Part shown: piece by piece, positions 26,386 to 40,159 of the stretch
Position numbering within the stretch: position 1 is the first letter of the stretch
Layout of the letters: each line of letters opens with the position of its first letter
Position numbers and translations under genes: made by a program
Source of the DNA: Eledone cirrhosa
Taxonomy: Eukaryota
Length of the DNA: 64,000 bases
Assembly: GCA_964016885.1 (NCBI GenBank)
Contig: OZ024757.1
Span: 2,666,001 to 2,730,000 of the forward strand
Reading direction: 5' to 3'
The notes under the pieces: generated by a model
What the model saw: the letters and a program-made list of their open reading frames with translations, nothing else
Database searches by the model: none
Told to the model about the DNA's origin: nothing

Positions 26386-27069
26386 TGACGCGCGCGCGTG
26401 TATATATATATATATATTAATATATATATGTGTGTGTGCATATGCATACATTTACGAGTATATAAATATAAATGCACAAACACACACACTTACAAAAATA
26501 CGCACTCACAGACATACAGATACACACACACCTACACGTACATTTACACAAACACACTAATACACTGACGCACAGCGTAGCAAATGGAACATCAGCTGCT
26601 GTTTTGCTATAGTTTTTTCACCATCCCCTTCCTTCCTTTTTAAACACGCACACGCACACGCACACGCACACGCACACGCACACACACACACATATACACA
26701 GTCACATACACACATACACACATACACACATACACAGATACACACACATACACACGCCCACACACGCACACACACGCATACACATACACACACACACACA
26801 CACATACACACATACACACATACACAAACATACACACATTCACACACACACACACGCATGCACACGCACACACACACACACACATTCACACACACACACA
26901 TACACAGACATTGTGTGACGGACGGAAGTCACTCGAATTTATAAATATATTCCCTAGTCTCCGGGATTCCCTTCTTGTTATATTTCTTCAGTATTCTCTG
27001 TTCTTTCCTATTCCTAGTTTTGATGGGTTCCCCAGCCCCTTATTTCATTTAAGATTGAGAGGATTTTTC

Positions 27070-27850
27070 TTTTGTTTTCTTGCTAGGGGTCTACCCCTGG
27101 GCCTCCTGTCGGTTGGTTTTACACGTAAATTCAGTCCAGTGATTCTTTCCAGAGACATTCTAACCACATGTCTGTAGTATCAGAGCTGTGATCTCTCAAT
27201 TCAGAGATTCTTTCCTGAGACATTCTAACCACATGTCTGTAGTATCAGAGCTGTGATCTCTCAATTCAGAGATTCTTTCCTGAGACATTCTAACCACATG
27301 TCTGTAGTATCAGAGCTGTGATCTGTCAATTCAGAGATTCTTTCCTCAGACATTCTAACCACATGTCTGTAGTATCAGAGCTGTGATCTCTCAATTCAGA
27401 GATTCTTTCCTCAGACATTCTAACCACATGTCTGTAGTATCAGAGCTGTGATCTCTCAATTCAGAGATTCTTTCCTGAGATATTCTAACCACATGTCTGT
27501 AGTATCAGAGCTGTGATCTCTCAATTCAGAGATTCTTTCCTGAGATATTCTAATCACATGTCTGTAGTATCAGAGCTGTGATCTCTCAATTCAGAGATTC
27601 TTTCCTCAGACATTCTAACCACATATCTGTAGTATCAGAGCTGTGATCTCTTGTTTCTGAGAAGTAGCAGCTCTACCTAGAGTGACTCATCTCCGAGTTA
27701 CACACTTTATCAAGTAACGTTACTCCAAAGACTCTTCGGAGGACCCCCATTTCGGCCACTTGTATTCGCGATCGTATTCTTTCGGTCATTGCCCCAAATT
27801 TATCACCATAGGTAAGGGTTGGCACAAATACTTAATTGAAGATAACAAGT
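27070..27850 (-). mobile_element. RTE 3' fragment with an internal 65-bp segment tandemly repeated 8 times (27141-27650)
   Basis: The flanks resemble 6800-6960. The unit gattctttcctgagacattctaaccacatgtctgtagtatcagagctgtgatctctcaattcaga recurs every 65 bp. Confidence 0.7.
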
Positions 27851-28395
27851 TTGACTAAAGAGTGGATAGTTAAATATTAATTACCGTATTTCCCGGTGTC
27901 GAAGATGCTACTTTTCCCCTAAAATAAGTCTCAAAAATCTACCAGGAGTCCTGGAGGTTGTTTATTATTTTTTTCAAATTTTTGGTTGTCAAAATTAGGG
28001 TGCGTCCTCGAGAACGAAGCGGTAATTAATTATTGTTAGGTATTAACTAATTACTATATCGCCATTGATTATTGTTAAATATGTATTTATTAATTAATAT
28101 ATATGATATCGCTGTTGATTTATTGTAATTTAAATAATTTCTTGTTTTTTCTCCTCTTTCTCTACTTTTTTTCAACAGCTTTTCGACTCTAAATAATACC
28201 AGTAATAATAATAATTTATAATTATAAATTATTATTTATTAATTTCAAGATCGGAGGACAACTACAACCAAACGAAGGAAATTGAAAAAAACTTGACAAA
28301 ACTGGAATAATTTAAAAAGAAAGAAAAAAATTTAAAAAGTAAAAAAATAGAATTATCAAATTTATCTCCCCACGTCATATCTACATAGTACACAC

Positions 28396-28480
<85 letters not shown>

Positions 28481-28584
28481 ACATATATATCTACATAGTA
28501 CACACATATTATATATATAAATATATATTTATATATATATTATATATCTACATAGTACACACATATTATATATATATATATAGT

Positions 28585-28648
<64 letters not shown>

Positions 28649-29502
28649 ACATTACTAAGTCTTCAATTAATTCAATTCTCTAACTACCCACCTCTCTTTC
28701 TACCTTCACATCTACCTACCTATACCTACCCACCCACCTTCCCACCCATATACCCACCTACTAAATACTCCACCCTAACCCTCACCGTCAGATATTATAA
28801 TCGGCTGCCATACCAGTAACCGAAGAAGCAGCAACAACCGTCAGCATGTTCCAATATATTCGGTGTTCCTATGTACAGCCAAAAACAGGTGTGTTCTACC
28901 CCTTGCCAACACCACCAACACCACCCCCAACTACACCAACAACACCACCACCAACATCACCCCCAACTACACCAACAACAACACCACCAACTACACCAAT
29001 GCCCACAGCTACACCTTAGCTCCTTTCAAACACCAAACAGTCGCCTTGTCGTTTCGTTACCCAGGTAACATAAGTTAGAGACGATATCGCAGTAAATTCT
29101 TCTCCTTCTCTTCAGCTCCACAACCTAACCCCAACATTTCTCAAACAGCACCCGCCCCCGTTTTTCAACAGATAACTCGAACACACAGACACACACAGAT
29201 ACACACACACTCGAACACATAGACACACACGAACACACTACAGACACACACACGAACACACAACAGACACACACACGAACACACAACAGACACACACACG
29301 AACACACAACAGACACACACACGAACACACAACAGACACACGCCGAATACTTTCATAAAGAAACACATTTTACTTATCTATTTATAGAGCTAAGTGTGTG
29401 TATATATATATATATATACACTCTTTATATACATAGATTAATATATACATTAATCTGTATATATATATTTCGATCGGGTGATATCTATACTAATCTATCT
29501 AG

Positions 29503-29538
<36 letters not shown>

Positions 29539-29706
29539 GGATCATTTATTTCAGGTGTATTGAGGAAAGTGTGGTAGGGTTGGGGGAGTGAAACAGTGAG
29601 AGAGGGGGGAGTGAAAATAGGTGGGTGGGTGGGTGGGCAGTTGTTTAAAGACGTCAGGCGTTGAGATAAAAATAAGATAATAGATAAGGAGAGAGTGTGA
29701 GAGAGA

Positions 29707-29741
<35 letters not shown>

Positions 29742-29790
29742 TTGTCAGTGAAAAAAACAGAAGCTCGAGCTAGAAATAGATATTTTATAA

Positions 29791-29829
<39 letters not shown>

Positions 29830-29830
29830 C

Positions 29831-29885
<55 letters not shown>

Positions 29886-29886
29886 C

Positions 29887-29938
<52 letters not shown>

Positions 29939-30029
29939 AGAGCCTGAAGTGGAATTATTGAAAAAAGAAAATCGGTGCATTCATCGCCGGACATCACAGA
30001 AGTCATTTCGACTTGTTTTTGTCTCTTCG

Positions 30030-30940
30030 CCACTGCACCGCCACGACACCACCACTACACCGCCACGACACCGCCACGACACCACCACTACACCACCACT
30101 ACACCGCCACGACACCGTCACGACACCACCACTACACCGCCACTACACCACCACTACACCGCCACGACACCGCCACGACACCACCACTACACCGCCACGA
30201 CACCACCACTACACCGCCACGACACCGCCACGACACCACCACTACACCACCACTACACCGCCACGACACCGCCACGACACCACCACTACACCGCCACTAC
30301 ACCACCACTACACCGCCACGACACCACCACTACACCGCCACTACACCACCACTAAACCACCACTACACCACCACTACACCGCCACGACACCACCACTACA
30401 CCGCCACGACACCGCCACTACACCACCACTACACCACCACTACACCGCCACTACACCACCACAACACCTCCAAACACCACCACTACACCGCCACTACACC
30501 GCCACTACACCGCCACTACACCACCACTACACCACCACAACACCTCCAAACACCATCACTACACCGCCACTACACCACCACTACACCGCCACCACACCGC
30601 CACTACACCGCCACTACACCGCTACTACACCACCACTACACCACCACTACACCACCACAACACCTCCAAACACCATCACTACACCGCCACTACACCACCA
30701 CTACACCGCCACCACACCGCCACTACACCGCCACTACACCGCTACTACACCACCACTACACCACCACAACACCTCCAAACACCACCACTACACCGCCACT
30801 ACACCGCCACTACACCACCACTACACCGCCACTACACCACCACTACACCACCACAACACCTCCACTACACCGCCACTACACCACCACTACACCACCACTA
30901 CACCACCATAACACCTCCAAACACCACCACTACACCACAC
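30030..30940. repeat. Compound CAC/CGC/TAC trinucleotide-derived repeat upstream of the TRIM gene
   Basis: Seen directly in the sequence; it explains the T/P/H-rich ORFs. Confidence 0.9.
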
Positions 30941-31380
30941 CACATTTCCCCTCCCCAGTCAGCCTCAAATTCCACAGGCTGACACGGACAACAACAACAA
31001 CGTCAACAACAGGATCAGCAGCTAGAAAGCAGCTGCACCAGCATCAACAACACCACCGCCACCACCACTACCAACAACAATAACAACAGCAGCAGCTGCA
31101 ACACCACCACCAACAGCAGCAGCAGCAGCTGCTGCAACACCATCACCAACAGCAGCAGCAACAACACCACCGCCACCACCAACAACAACAATAGCACCAC
31201 CACCACCACCACTACCATCACCAACAACAATAACAACATCATATATACTAAAGTAAAATCAACAACTTCAATAACACCCCACCACCACCACTACCACCAC
31301 CACCCCCGCCGCCGCCCCCGCAAAAAATAAGAAAAAAAGAAAAAGAAGAGTAAAAGGCGAAAGATTCCCAAATAGTAACT

Positions 31381-34300
31381 ATGGCAACGAACATGAAACT
31401 CATGAAGGAAATCAACGAACAGTTTCTCGTGTGTAAGATATGTTACGAAGCATATAAAAACCCGAAAACCTTAACATGTCTGCACACCTTCTGTAGCAAC
31501 TGTCTGCAAAAGCACGTGGACTCCGAACAAGAGAGGAGCTCACGTTACACACTTTACACACGCCACGTTTATTGTCCAATATGTCGCAAGAAAACCGAAC
31601 TTCCGACTGGAGGTATTCGAAGATTACCAGATAATTTCCTCGTTTCAAATCTCACAGACGTTCTCAACCGACTGAAGACGACAAAAGTGCCGCCATGTGA
31701 GATCTGCCACACGGTGCGGAGCAGAAGCAACGAAGCGTGCTCAAAGTGCTTGGAATGTTCCAAATTAATGTGCAAGTCATGTGTGAAGCTTCATATGACC
31801 ACGAAAGTGACACAGAACCACAGTTTGTTTGATTTGGAAGGCGAGAAGGACATTGAATGCAAAACTCATTCCGGAGAAATCGTTCGCTTCTATTGCGAAC
31901 CTTGTGACGAATGCATATGTGTGGTTTGTACATTCCAGGAACACAGGGACCACGAAATATGCTCGTTTAGCGAAGGTTCTGCCAAGTACAAATCGACCAT
32001 TGAAAACCTACTCAGCCATGGCAAGGACCGTTTGTTGGATCTACGGATGAAACTGGGAATGATAAATAAATGTGAAGGGGCTTTAAAGGATACCAGAGAA
32101 CGTATACGGGACTTGGCTATCAGTTACATTTCTCAGGTACGCCAGACAGAGAAGCAGCTCCTGCAGAAAGTGGACGCCATGTTCGGAGACGACATATTGG
32201 ATTTTCTTGAAAATAAATCCTGGCTCCAAGAAAATTTCGACAATTTACAAAACACGTGCAGTCTGGCTGAGATCATCGTCAAAGACAAAGGAATCGAAAT
32301 ACTCCTCCTGAAGAAAGAACTTCAAAAGAAACTTGATGTCCTGTTGGAGCCGGACTTGCCGGAAGTTCCACAACATTTGGCTACCAACATTAAGTTTGTA
32401 CCGGGGTTCGTGAAGCTGGGTCACATTGCAATCCCGGGTGGGGACGAGGAAGATGGTAACATCGCCAGTGAAAAAGAAGCCAACACTTCGGCGTTCAATA
32501 GATCGATAAGATCAGAAATGAAACACATCGATATGCAAACGGAAGGTGTAACATCAATGAACAGCTCAACTACCATGTCGACTGATGTCAACCTAGAAAC
32601 TGCAGCCTCACAGACGCCAATTATAGAAACGGTGAATCGATTGGCTGGCACCGATGCTAACCACACACGTGACAAATCAACTGGAGTCTATTGGATGGAT
32701 CCCAAGTCACGTGGGACGATGACTGATCCTCTATCTAGTCGCTCAAGGAGAAGTCAAACATTTTTGAACGATGACGAAGACATTAATTCAATCTATGAAT
32801 CTTTGAAGAAGAATGTCACAACGGAAACTAAATCCGTTGAAACGGAAGTCAGTATATCCGCACTTGATGACGTCAGCAGTGAAGATTTTCTTCTCATCCA
32901 GCAAGCTAAAAAATCCGGTTTGGAAATCCATGAGATTCTTTCAGGAAAGTCTTCAGAAAGTGCAGCAGACAAACAACCGGTGAGAACTGAAGATAAAGGT
33001 ATTGGAGAGAATTCAGTTCTTACCAGCTGTGTGTCTATCAATACAGATAAAGTATTGATTTGTGATCGAAAGGTCAGTTCGCATTTGTCACACGATTCTG
33101 GGTCGTGTAGTCCGGTGGTCGACAGAAAATCTCGCAGGCTCAGCGCCGATATTCTTGCTCTGCAGCAAAAGTTTTCTGAGCCACACGTTCCCCGATATCA
33201 CGAGAACGGCAAGAACACGCCACCGTCACCAAGTACACCCCCAACACCGACACCAAGCACACCCCCAACACCGACACGGTCATCAGAACGTGGAAGTCCA
33301 GATTACGTACAATTCCGTAACAATCACAAAGAAACGAGAAATATGGAGACAGATACTTCCTCCCTTCCTTCTACACAGATCACCACTCAAGGAACATCGA
33401 CAGAGGAAGTAACTAAAACCAACAGGTCAACAGAGGTCAAACCGAGCACTAATTCGGTTGAGGTCAGTGTTAAACCGACATATAAAGACGTAGGAATTGG
33501 TGAACAAATACTTAGTTTACAAGAGAAAGTATTCGTTGACAGCGAAACCTCACCTGTTACTGATTTACCTGGATCTTTATTCGAAGATTTTGAAGGGAAT
33601 CGTTGGCCATCGCGAACGTCAGTTTCAAAACGATCATCATGTTGTTTCAGCGACGTCTCAACAGCGACAGACCCACCGAAGATGAGGGATTCACAGACAC
33701 TGACATCTCAAAAAGAGACAGTGGATAGCTGGACATTGACCAACCGGACTGAGTTTATCAACACGGCTACGTCCCCCATCCTGGTACCAATGTGTGAGGT
33801 GGGAGTATCGACATTGACACCCGTGCTAGTCAGTCAGGGAATGTCAACTGAAACTGTCGACCATGTGGACTCACAAACCGAAACGAACATCTTCACACAA
33901 GACAGTGAAACGTTGACAGACAGAGTGATCTCCACAGATGCTCAGACGAACATCCACGTTCACAGCGAGGACAGTCAGACGTGGATTGACTGTAGTACTC
34001 AGTCAGAGACGGGTACTATGACTGAGACTGACGTAAGGACCAGTACTATAGAAGACTTTTTACTGTTAGCCGAGGGTGAACCGAGCGGAGATATTGCTAA
34101 TATATCGGAGGTAATCGATTCCGATCAAGGAACCAGCGAAGATGATATTTTCTTTGAACTTCCCGAAGAAGAAGATCGAATGTCTCACCAATGTGGAGGA
34201 GGCTGGAATAGCACCATGATGCTGTTAGAATCAATGGAGAGTCACAACACGTCACTGTGTAACAAGTGTTGCTTACAGAAACCCATTGAAGTGGCGCACA

Positions 34301-36921
34301 GAGCGACAATGTCGTCACCAACAATGACCCACGACCAAGGGACGATGGTTCTCTCCTTTAATACGGCACTAACAGAGTTTACTGACCGAAACGTCCAGAC
34401 AATGCAAACCGCCGTGGCGGACAAGTCGATCGAAGCGGCTTTCAGCGAACCAGCTGAGGTCCCGAATTTGGTTGCTACTGAATATAACGATGTAGCAACG
34501 TCGACCGAGTCGCTCGCCTACATGGGTCTGATGAGTGAGATGGATATCAACGATTTATACCTCCTGCCTGATTCCACGTTCGATTTACAATCGGATACTG
34601 ACACGGCCAATTCCGAGTACGACTCCGACTCGCAAATCGAAATGGTGGACAGTGAAACATCGATGGAGAATAGCCAGAGTGTTGAAGCTGGGACTCAAAC
34701 CCCGATATTTACCCAATGTGATATACAATCACATGGACAGGAGGCTATTGACCCGGAATTGATGCTGCAGATTGTGGAAGACGATGATTCCAAACATTTG
34801 GTAAGTATCGGAGTAAACACGGTGAAGAAAGTGACTTACGAAAAGGAGACAAGTACTCAGTCTCGTTATCTCTTCTCTAAAGGAACCATGACATTCTATT
34901 TAAATAAATCCGATAAATCAACCGGTTCGAACCGGTCTTCGATCGCTTCCAGGAATAGTTTATTGATCGACCGTGTCGACAAAGATACCATGACGTGTAG
35001 TAGCGGCACCAGTGAGAAAGGTGTGTCTACTGATCCGTCACAGCTCAATGAACAGGTGGCTGTTTGTATAAACAAGTTGAAGAATGTTCGAGATAAACTC
35101 CAAAGTCCCACATCAAAACAGGCTCCGGAGATTGTCGACCCTTCTTCGTTGGTGGTGGCCAGGAAAGACATGTTGGGCTCTCTCACAACAACGACAACAA
35201 CGTCTCTGGGAGTTGAACCCTCTTCTGCAACGTCTCTTGCCCTCACAACAACAACATCGACAAGACCGAAGAGTTCTTTACATTCATCTCCGTTGCTAGC
35301 GTTTTCTTCAACATCAACTTCACTGGTTACATCATCGAACACAGCACAACATGGCGACCGTAGGAATTCAAACCACGTAACAACAACAACAACGACAATG
35401 AGTTGTAGTGTTGGCGGAACAACAGCATTAACGACAATGGCGACTTCAAACAACCAGATGTCGTCGTCTGCCGAGGGTCAACGTATGAACCGGGGTGAGA
35501 GAACCACAACGAGAAAGGCCCAACCTATCACCACATTAAAATGTAGATACAAAGATGGCAGCCATGCTGCTGTTAATGGGATCGACAAAAGCCAGAGTCT
35601 TCCACGTCAATTTAGCGCACCAACCGGTGATTTACAATTACAACAACAGCAGCAGCAGCAGCAGCAACAACAACAACAACAGCTACAACAACAACAATTA
35701 CAACAACAACAAGCTGGATTATCAACATCTTCCCCAAGTCGTCTTCCTTTGTTGCGGTACAACTCAGCACCAGGTAAAATTGTCACAGTTCCTAAACACA
35801 CCCCTCCCAAAGATCTGAGTGTTTCACCCCAAACGTCACCAAAGTCCTCAAGTAAGATACCAACCACGAGGAAATTAAACGAGTCCCAGAAAGACACCAT
35901 GAAAGATTATTACACCATAACCAACGCAAAGCCCACAAATCAGCTGCCATCGTTGCCGGCGATTACTGAGACTCGGACTCCACCCGGCAATTCAGATAAC
36001 TCTGACTTGACAATTATGTCAGGCACCCCAAACTCCATGTCAGCTTCATCCCCAGGGCCAACATTCTCCACTTTGTCTCCTAACTCCGCACCTCTCAACA
36101 CTGACGACGCTTCTGCCGCACCCATATCTCCCTCTAGCGGCAAAAGGAAGACGTTAGTGACCCCAGACAGCCCGGGACTAAGTGGCAGTAGTAGGGAATG
36201 TTCCCCCCAGACACGAAAAACGGGTTTTATGCAACGACTTCTTACCCGGAAACCAAAGAAAGACGCTTCTAATGATTCCAGCAAACGACAACAACGCCAC
36301 CACCATAATCAGCGACCCGATTCCTCCCCTGCCTCTGTATCAACATCGTCCAGCTCTTCAGCTCTTTCGATCAACGACTCGAAAAGTGCCACTCCTTCAC
36401 CAAAGTCGCCTCCAAGAAGCGGCCTAAGGGTTGGCAAGAAATCTATGTCACCCTCTCCATCTTCATCATCGGCCTCAAGGCCATCAAGCAGCACCACCAC
36501 TGACACCAACGCCGCCACCACAACGAACAACAGTCATACAGACGCCGCCAATACTACAAGTAGCAACTCTGGCCTCCTTACTCCGGCTTCCTCTGTGCAA
36601 GCAGCTGACGATAAGGCCGCCAAACCGAAGAAAAGCCGTCCGTTTGTCTACATGCGACAGAGAATATTTTCGATACAACACGATAACGAAGATAGCCCAG
36701 AGCGGAGGGCCAGGGCACTAGAGAGGAACCAGAAGAAGAACGAGAAGAAGACGGATAAAAAGAAACCGGGTTCCAGTCCGGTTGATGGTAACAACAGCCC
36801 CGGACTTCGGAAGGACCAGCGATCGGATGACAATGGTAAAAACAGCAAAGGTTTGATCAAAGCGAACGGAGAAGCCAACTTGTTGATGGTGGAGGGGCAA
36901 TCTTTTGCTGATGTCTGTTAA
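31381..36921 (+). CDS. TRIM/RBCC E3 ubiquitin ligase (RING, B-box1, B-box2, coiled coil) with a long disordered C-terminal region; single-exon ORF of 1846 aa
   Basis: C3HC4 RING CKIC..CLHTFCSNC..CPIC; B-box1 CEIC..CLEC..CKSCVKLH..H; B-box2 CKTH..CEPC..CVVC..HRDH; coiled coil at ~aa 200-330. Uninterrupted 5.5-kb ORF. No NHL, filamin or SPRY domain was recognised. Confidence 0.95.
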   Translation: MATNMKLMKEINEQFLVCKICYEAYKNPKTLTCLHTFCSNCLQKHVDSEQERSSRYTLYTRHVYCPICRKKTELPTGGIRRLPDNFLVSNLTDVLNRLKTTKVPPCEICHTVRSRSNEACSKCLECSKLMCKSCVKLHMTTKVTQNHSLFDLEGEKDIECKTHSGEIVRFYCEPCDECICVVCTFQEHRDHEICSFSEGSAKYKSTIENLLSHGKDRLLDLRMKLGMINKCEGALKDTRERIRDLAISYISQVRQTEKQLLQKVDAMFGDDILDFLENKSWLQENFDNLQNTCSLAEIIVKDKGIEILLLKKELQKKLDVLLEPDLPEVPQHLATNIKFVPGFVKLGHIAIPGGDEEDGNIASEKEANTSAFNRSIRSEMKHIDMQTEGVTSMNSSTTMSTDVNLETAASQTPIIETVNRLAGTDANHTRDKSTGVYWMDPKSRGTMTDPLSSRSRRSQTFLNDDEDINSIYESLKKNVTTETKSVETEVSISALDDVSSEDFLLIQQAKKSGLEIHEILSGKSSESAADKQPVRTEDKGIGENSVLTSCVSINTDKVLICDRKVSSHLSHDSGSCSPVVDRKSRRLSADILALQQKFSEPHVPRYHENGKNTPPSPSTPPTPTPSTPPTPTRSSERGSPDYVQFRNNHKETRNMETDTSSLPSTQITTQGTSTEEVTKTNRSTEVKPSTNSVEVSVKPTYKDVGIGEQILSLQEKVFVDSETSPVTDLPGSLFEDFEGNRWPSRTSVSKRSSCCFSDVSTATDPPKMRDSQTLTSQKETVDSWTLTNRTEFINTATSPILVPMCEVGVSTLTPVLVSQGMSTETVDHVDSQTETNIFTQDSETLTDRVISTDAQTNIHVHSEDSQTWIDCSTQSETGTMTETDVRTSTIEDFLLLAEGEPSGDIANISEVIDSDQGTSEDDIFFELPEEEDRMSHQCGGGWNSTMMLLESMESHNTSLCNKCCLQKPIEVAHRATMSSPTMTHDQGTMVLSFNTALTEFTDRNVQTMQTAVADKSIEAAFSEPAEVPNLVATEYNDVATSTESLAYMGLMSEMDINDLYLLPDSTFDLQSDTDTANSEYDSDSQIEMVDSETSMENSQSVEAGTQTPIFTQCDIQSHGQEAIDPELMLQIVEDDDSKHLVSIGVNTVKKVTYEKETSTQSRYLFSKGTMTFYLNKSDKSTGSNRSSIASRNSLLIDRVDKDTMTCSSGTSEKGVSTDPSQLNEQVAVCINKLKNVRDKLQSPTSKQAPEIVDPSSLVVARKDMLGSLTTTTTTSLGVEPSSATSLALTTTTSTRPKSSLHSSPLLAFSSTSTSLVTSSNTAQHGDRRNSNHVTTTTTTMSCSVGGTTALTTMATSNNQMSSSAEGQRMNRGERTTTRKAQPITTLKCRYKDGSHAAVNGIDKSQSLPRQFSAPTGDLQLQQQQQQQQQQQQQQLQQQQLQQQQAGLSTSSPSRLPLLRYNSAPGKIVTVPKHTPPKDLSVSPQTSPKSSSKIPTTRKLNESQKDTMKDYYTITNAKPTNQLPSLPAITETRTPPGNSDNSDLTIMSGTPNSMSASSPGPTFSTLSPNSAPLNTDDASAAPISPSSGKRKTLVTPDSPGLSGSSRECSPQTRKTGFMQRLLTRKPKKDASNDSSKRQQRHHHNQRPDSSPASVSTSSSSSALSINDSKSATPSPKSPPRSGLRVGKKSMSPSPSSSSASRPSSSTTTDTNAATTTNNSHTDAANTTSSNSGLLTPASSVQAADDKAAKPKKSRPFVYMRQRIFSIQHDNEDSPERRARALERNQKKNEKKTDKKKPGSSPVDGNNSPGLRKDQRSDDNGKNSKGLIKANGEANLLMVEGQSFADVC

Positions 36922-36943
36922 ACAACACACACACATACACACA

Positions 36944-37027
<84 letters not shown>

Positions 37028-38795
37028 ACTCTACAAAGAACTTATAATTTATAGGACGCGCGTATCAATGTCTAGATTTAATTATCGCATCGACATTTAA
37101 TTATGAAATGTATATATATATATATGAGGATTAAACAAGTTAGACCACTATTCAACAGTACTTGGAATAGTAGAGTGTGACTATATTAGAAAGAGTCTGG
37201 GCCCGACGGCTGAGCTGTTGCCGTTTCGACAGCTAATTCCAGACTGAGGAAGTAGCTATAGAAACCGCAACATTTACTACACCCATCATCTACAACTGAA
37301 TAGAAGATACGAAAACAAGGTCCACGGCATAGTACCTGTATTGGCTGTTAATATGTTGGTGTACCTGGCATGACTATTGATGATTTAATGTGGTCTGAAT
37401 ATTAGCATGTGTGTCGAGGTTGACCAAGGGACATAACTCTAAGTGTAGGTCCATTATAACAATAATACACATAAATTGAGACGGGTTACCATCGGTTTCC
37501 AGTATTATTATGTTGCATATGATGATTAACTGGTATAGTAGTGCACTGTCAATTTTAATTGTAGCTGTATTTACTGTTAATACAAAATTATATATATATG
37601 TAGATCCCGTGTAAAATCGGGGGAAACTACAGTTTAAAAAGGCACTCAATACATTAGTAGAGTGTAAAGATCATTATATAAAAGTAAATATATTATGTTG
37701 TATGAAATACATGGGAATCAGACATACCTACGAGGTACCCAAAAAAGTATCCGCCAGTTTGCCAAGTATTTCATACAACATAGTATATATATATGGTGTA
37801 TATATGTGTGTGTGTGTATGTATATGTGTATATATACATAAACGCCCACACTTATGTAACAAGACACCCCTAAAAGTCAAGTAAATGGTAAAAACAACAT
37901 ATTTTTACAAATATAAAATATATAGACGAGGGAACCTTTACAACAACTACAACTATATAGGTTAATTCGAGCTTTATGGTGGCCCGGATTATACGTTATA
38001 GGTTTGAAAGGGGGGGGATGTGTGTGTGTGTGTGTGTGTGTGTGTGGGAGTATATATATACACACAAGCATATATATATATATATATATATATATAATGA
38101 TAATAATATTAATGAAATTTATTGTGTACATTGCTTAGGTGCACTATATATACACCCACCCACATATATATATATATGCATATGCATGTATACATATCCA
38201 TAAGCATATATATATATATACATGTGCATATATATATATATACTCATGTGCACAAATGTATATATACATGTGCATATATCTGTATGCATATATATATACA
38301 TATGCATATATAAATATATATATATATACATATACATATGCACATATATACATATACATATGCACATATATATATACATGCACATATATGTGTGTGTGTA
38401 TATGTATGTCTATATGTATATATATGTGTGTATATGTATGTCTATATGTGTATATGTATGTCTATATACTCATGTGCATGTATATATACATGTGCATATA
38501 TCTGTATGCATATATATATACATATGCATATATAAATATACATATACATATGCACATATATACATATACATATGCACATATATATATATATACATATGCA
38601 TATACATATATATACATGCACATATATATGTGTGTGTATATGTAGGTCTATATGTATGCGAGTGTGTTGAAGTGTTCTGATATATTTGTGTTATTTTCGT
38701 TGTAAGTCAGCCGTTTGTATCATCCTCCGTTTCGTGAATCAAAGATAAAAGGTTTATATCACTGAGCTACCTGACATCACTGATGTAGACAGAGT

Positions 38796-39335
38796 TTATA
38801 GGGAGATATATATATATAATATATATAATATATAATATATATAATATAAAATATATATATAATATATATATATAATATATATATAATATATATATAATAT
38901 ATATATAATATATAATATATATATACATATATATAATATATAATATATATATATAATATATATATATAATATATATATATATAATATATATATATAATAT
39001 ATATATAATATATATATAATATATATATAATATATATATATAATATATATATAATATATATATAATATATAATATATATATATAATATATATATAATATA
39101 TAATATATATCATATATTATATATATATAATATTTATATTATATATATATTATATATATATATAATATGTATATTATATATATATATATAATATTTATAT
39201 TATATATAATATATATATATATATAGTATTTATATTATATATAATATATTATATATATATAATATTTATATTATATATATATTATATATGTATATATATA
39301 TAATATAATATATATATATAATATAATATATATAT

Positions 39336-39377
<42 letters not shown>

Positions 39378-39541
39378 ATATATATATATATATTATATAT
39401 ATATATATATTATATATATATATATATATTATATATAATATATAATATATATATATTATATATATATATATTATATATAATATATATATATATATATTAT
39501 ATATATATATATATTATATATATATATATATATTATATATA

Positions 39542-39572
<31 letters not shown>

Positions 39573-39714
39573 AATGGGCTAGGTAGAGGGGTGTGTGGGT
39601 GGTGTATGAGAGCAATAGAGATACCCTGAATACCCTCAACCTCTGTAAACTGGGAGAAGAGAAAGGAAGGAGGAAGAAAATACACAGACGATTGTCACTT
39701 GCTGTCATTAGATA

Positions 39715-39789
<75 letters not shown>

Positions 39790-39858
39790 TTATATATATA
39801 TAAGTATATAAGTATATATATATATATATTTTATAAGTATATATATATATATTATAAG

Positions 39859-39892
<34 letters not shown>

Positions 39893-40080
39893 GTATATAT
39901 ATATATATAAGTATATAAGTATATATATATATATATAAATATAAGTATATAAATATATATATATATATAAGTAATATATATATATATATATAAAGTATAT
40001 ATATAAGTATATATATATATATAACTATATATATATATATAAGTATATATATATATATACGTATTTATACATAAATATTT
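38796..40080. repeat. Long imperfect (TA)n/(TAA) tracts
   Basis: Seen directly in the sequence. Confidence 0.9.
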
Positions 40081-40159
40081 ATATTATGCATACACACCTA
40101 TACACAGACACACACACATACATATACACCCAGACACACACACATTTTACGTTCTCCCT

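Noticed and set aside
27884-28025. MITE with TACCG termini
   Set aside because: The terminal match is too short and degenerate to support from one copy.
29949-31242. Mucin-like Thr/Pro/His ORFs upstream of the TRIM gene
   Set aside because: Simple repeat open in several frames; an in-frame stop (TAA at 31249-31251) precedes the TRIM ATG.
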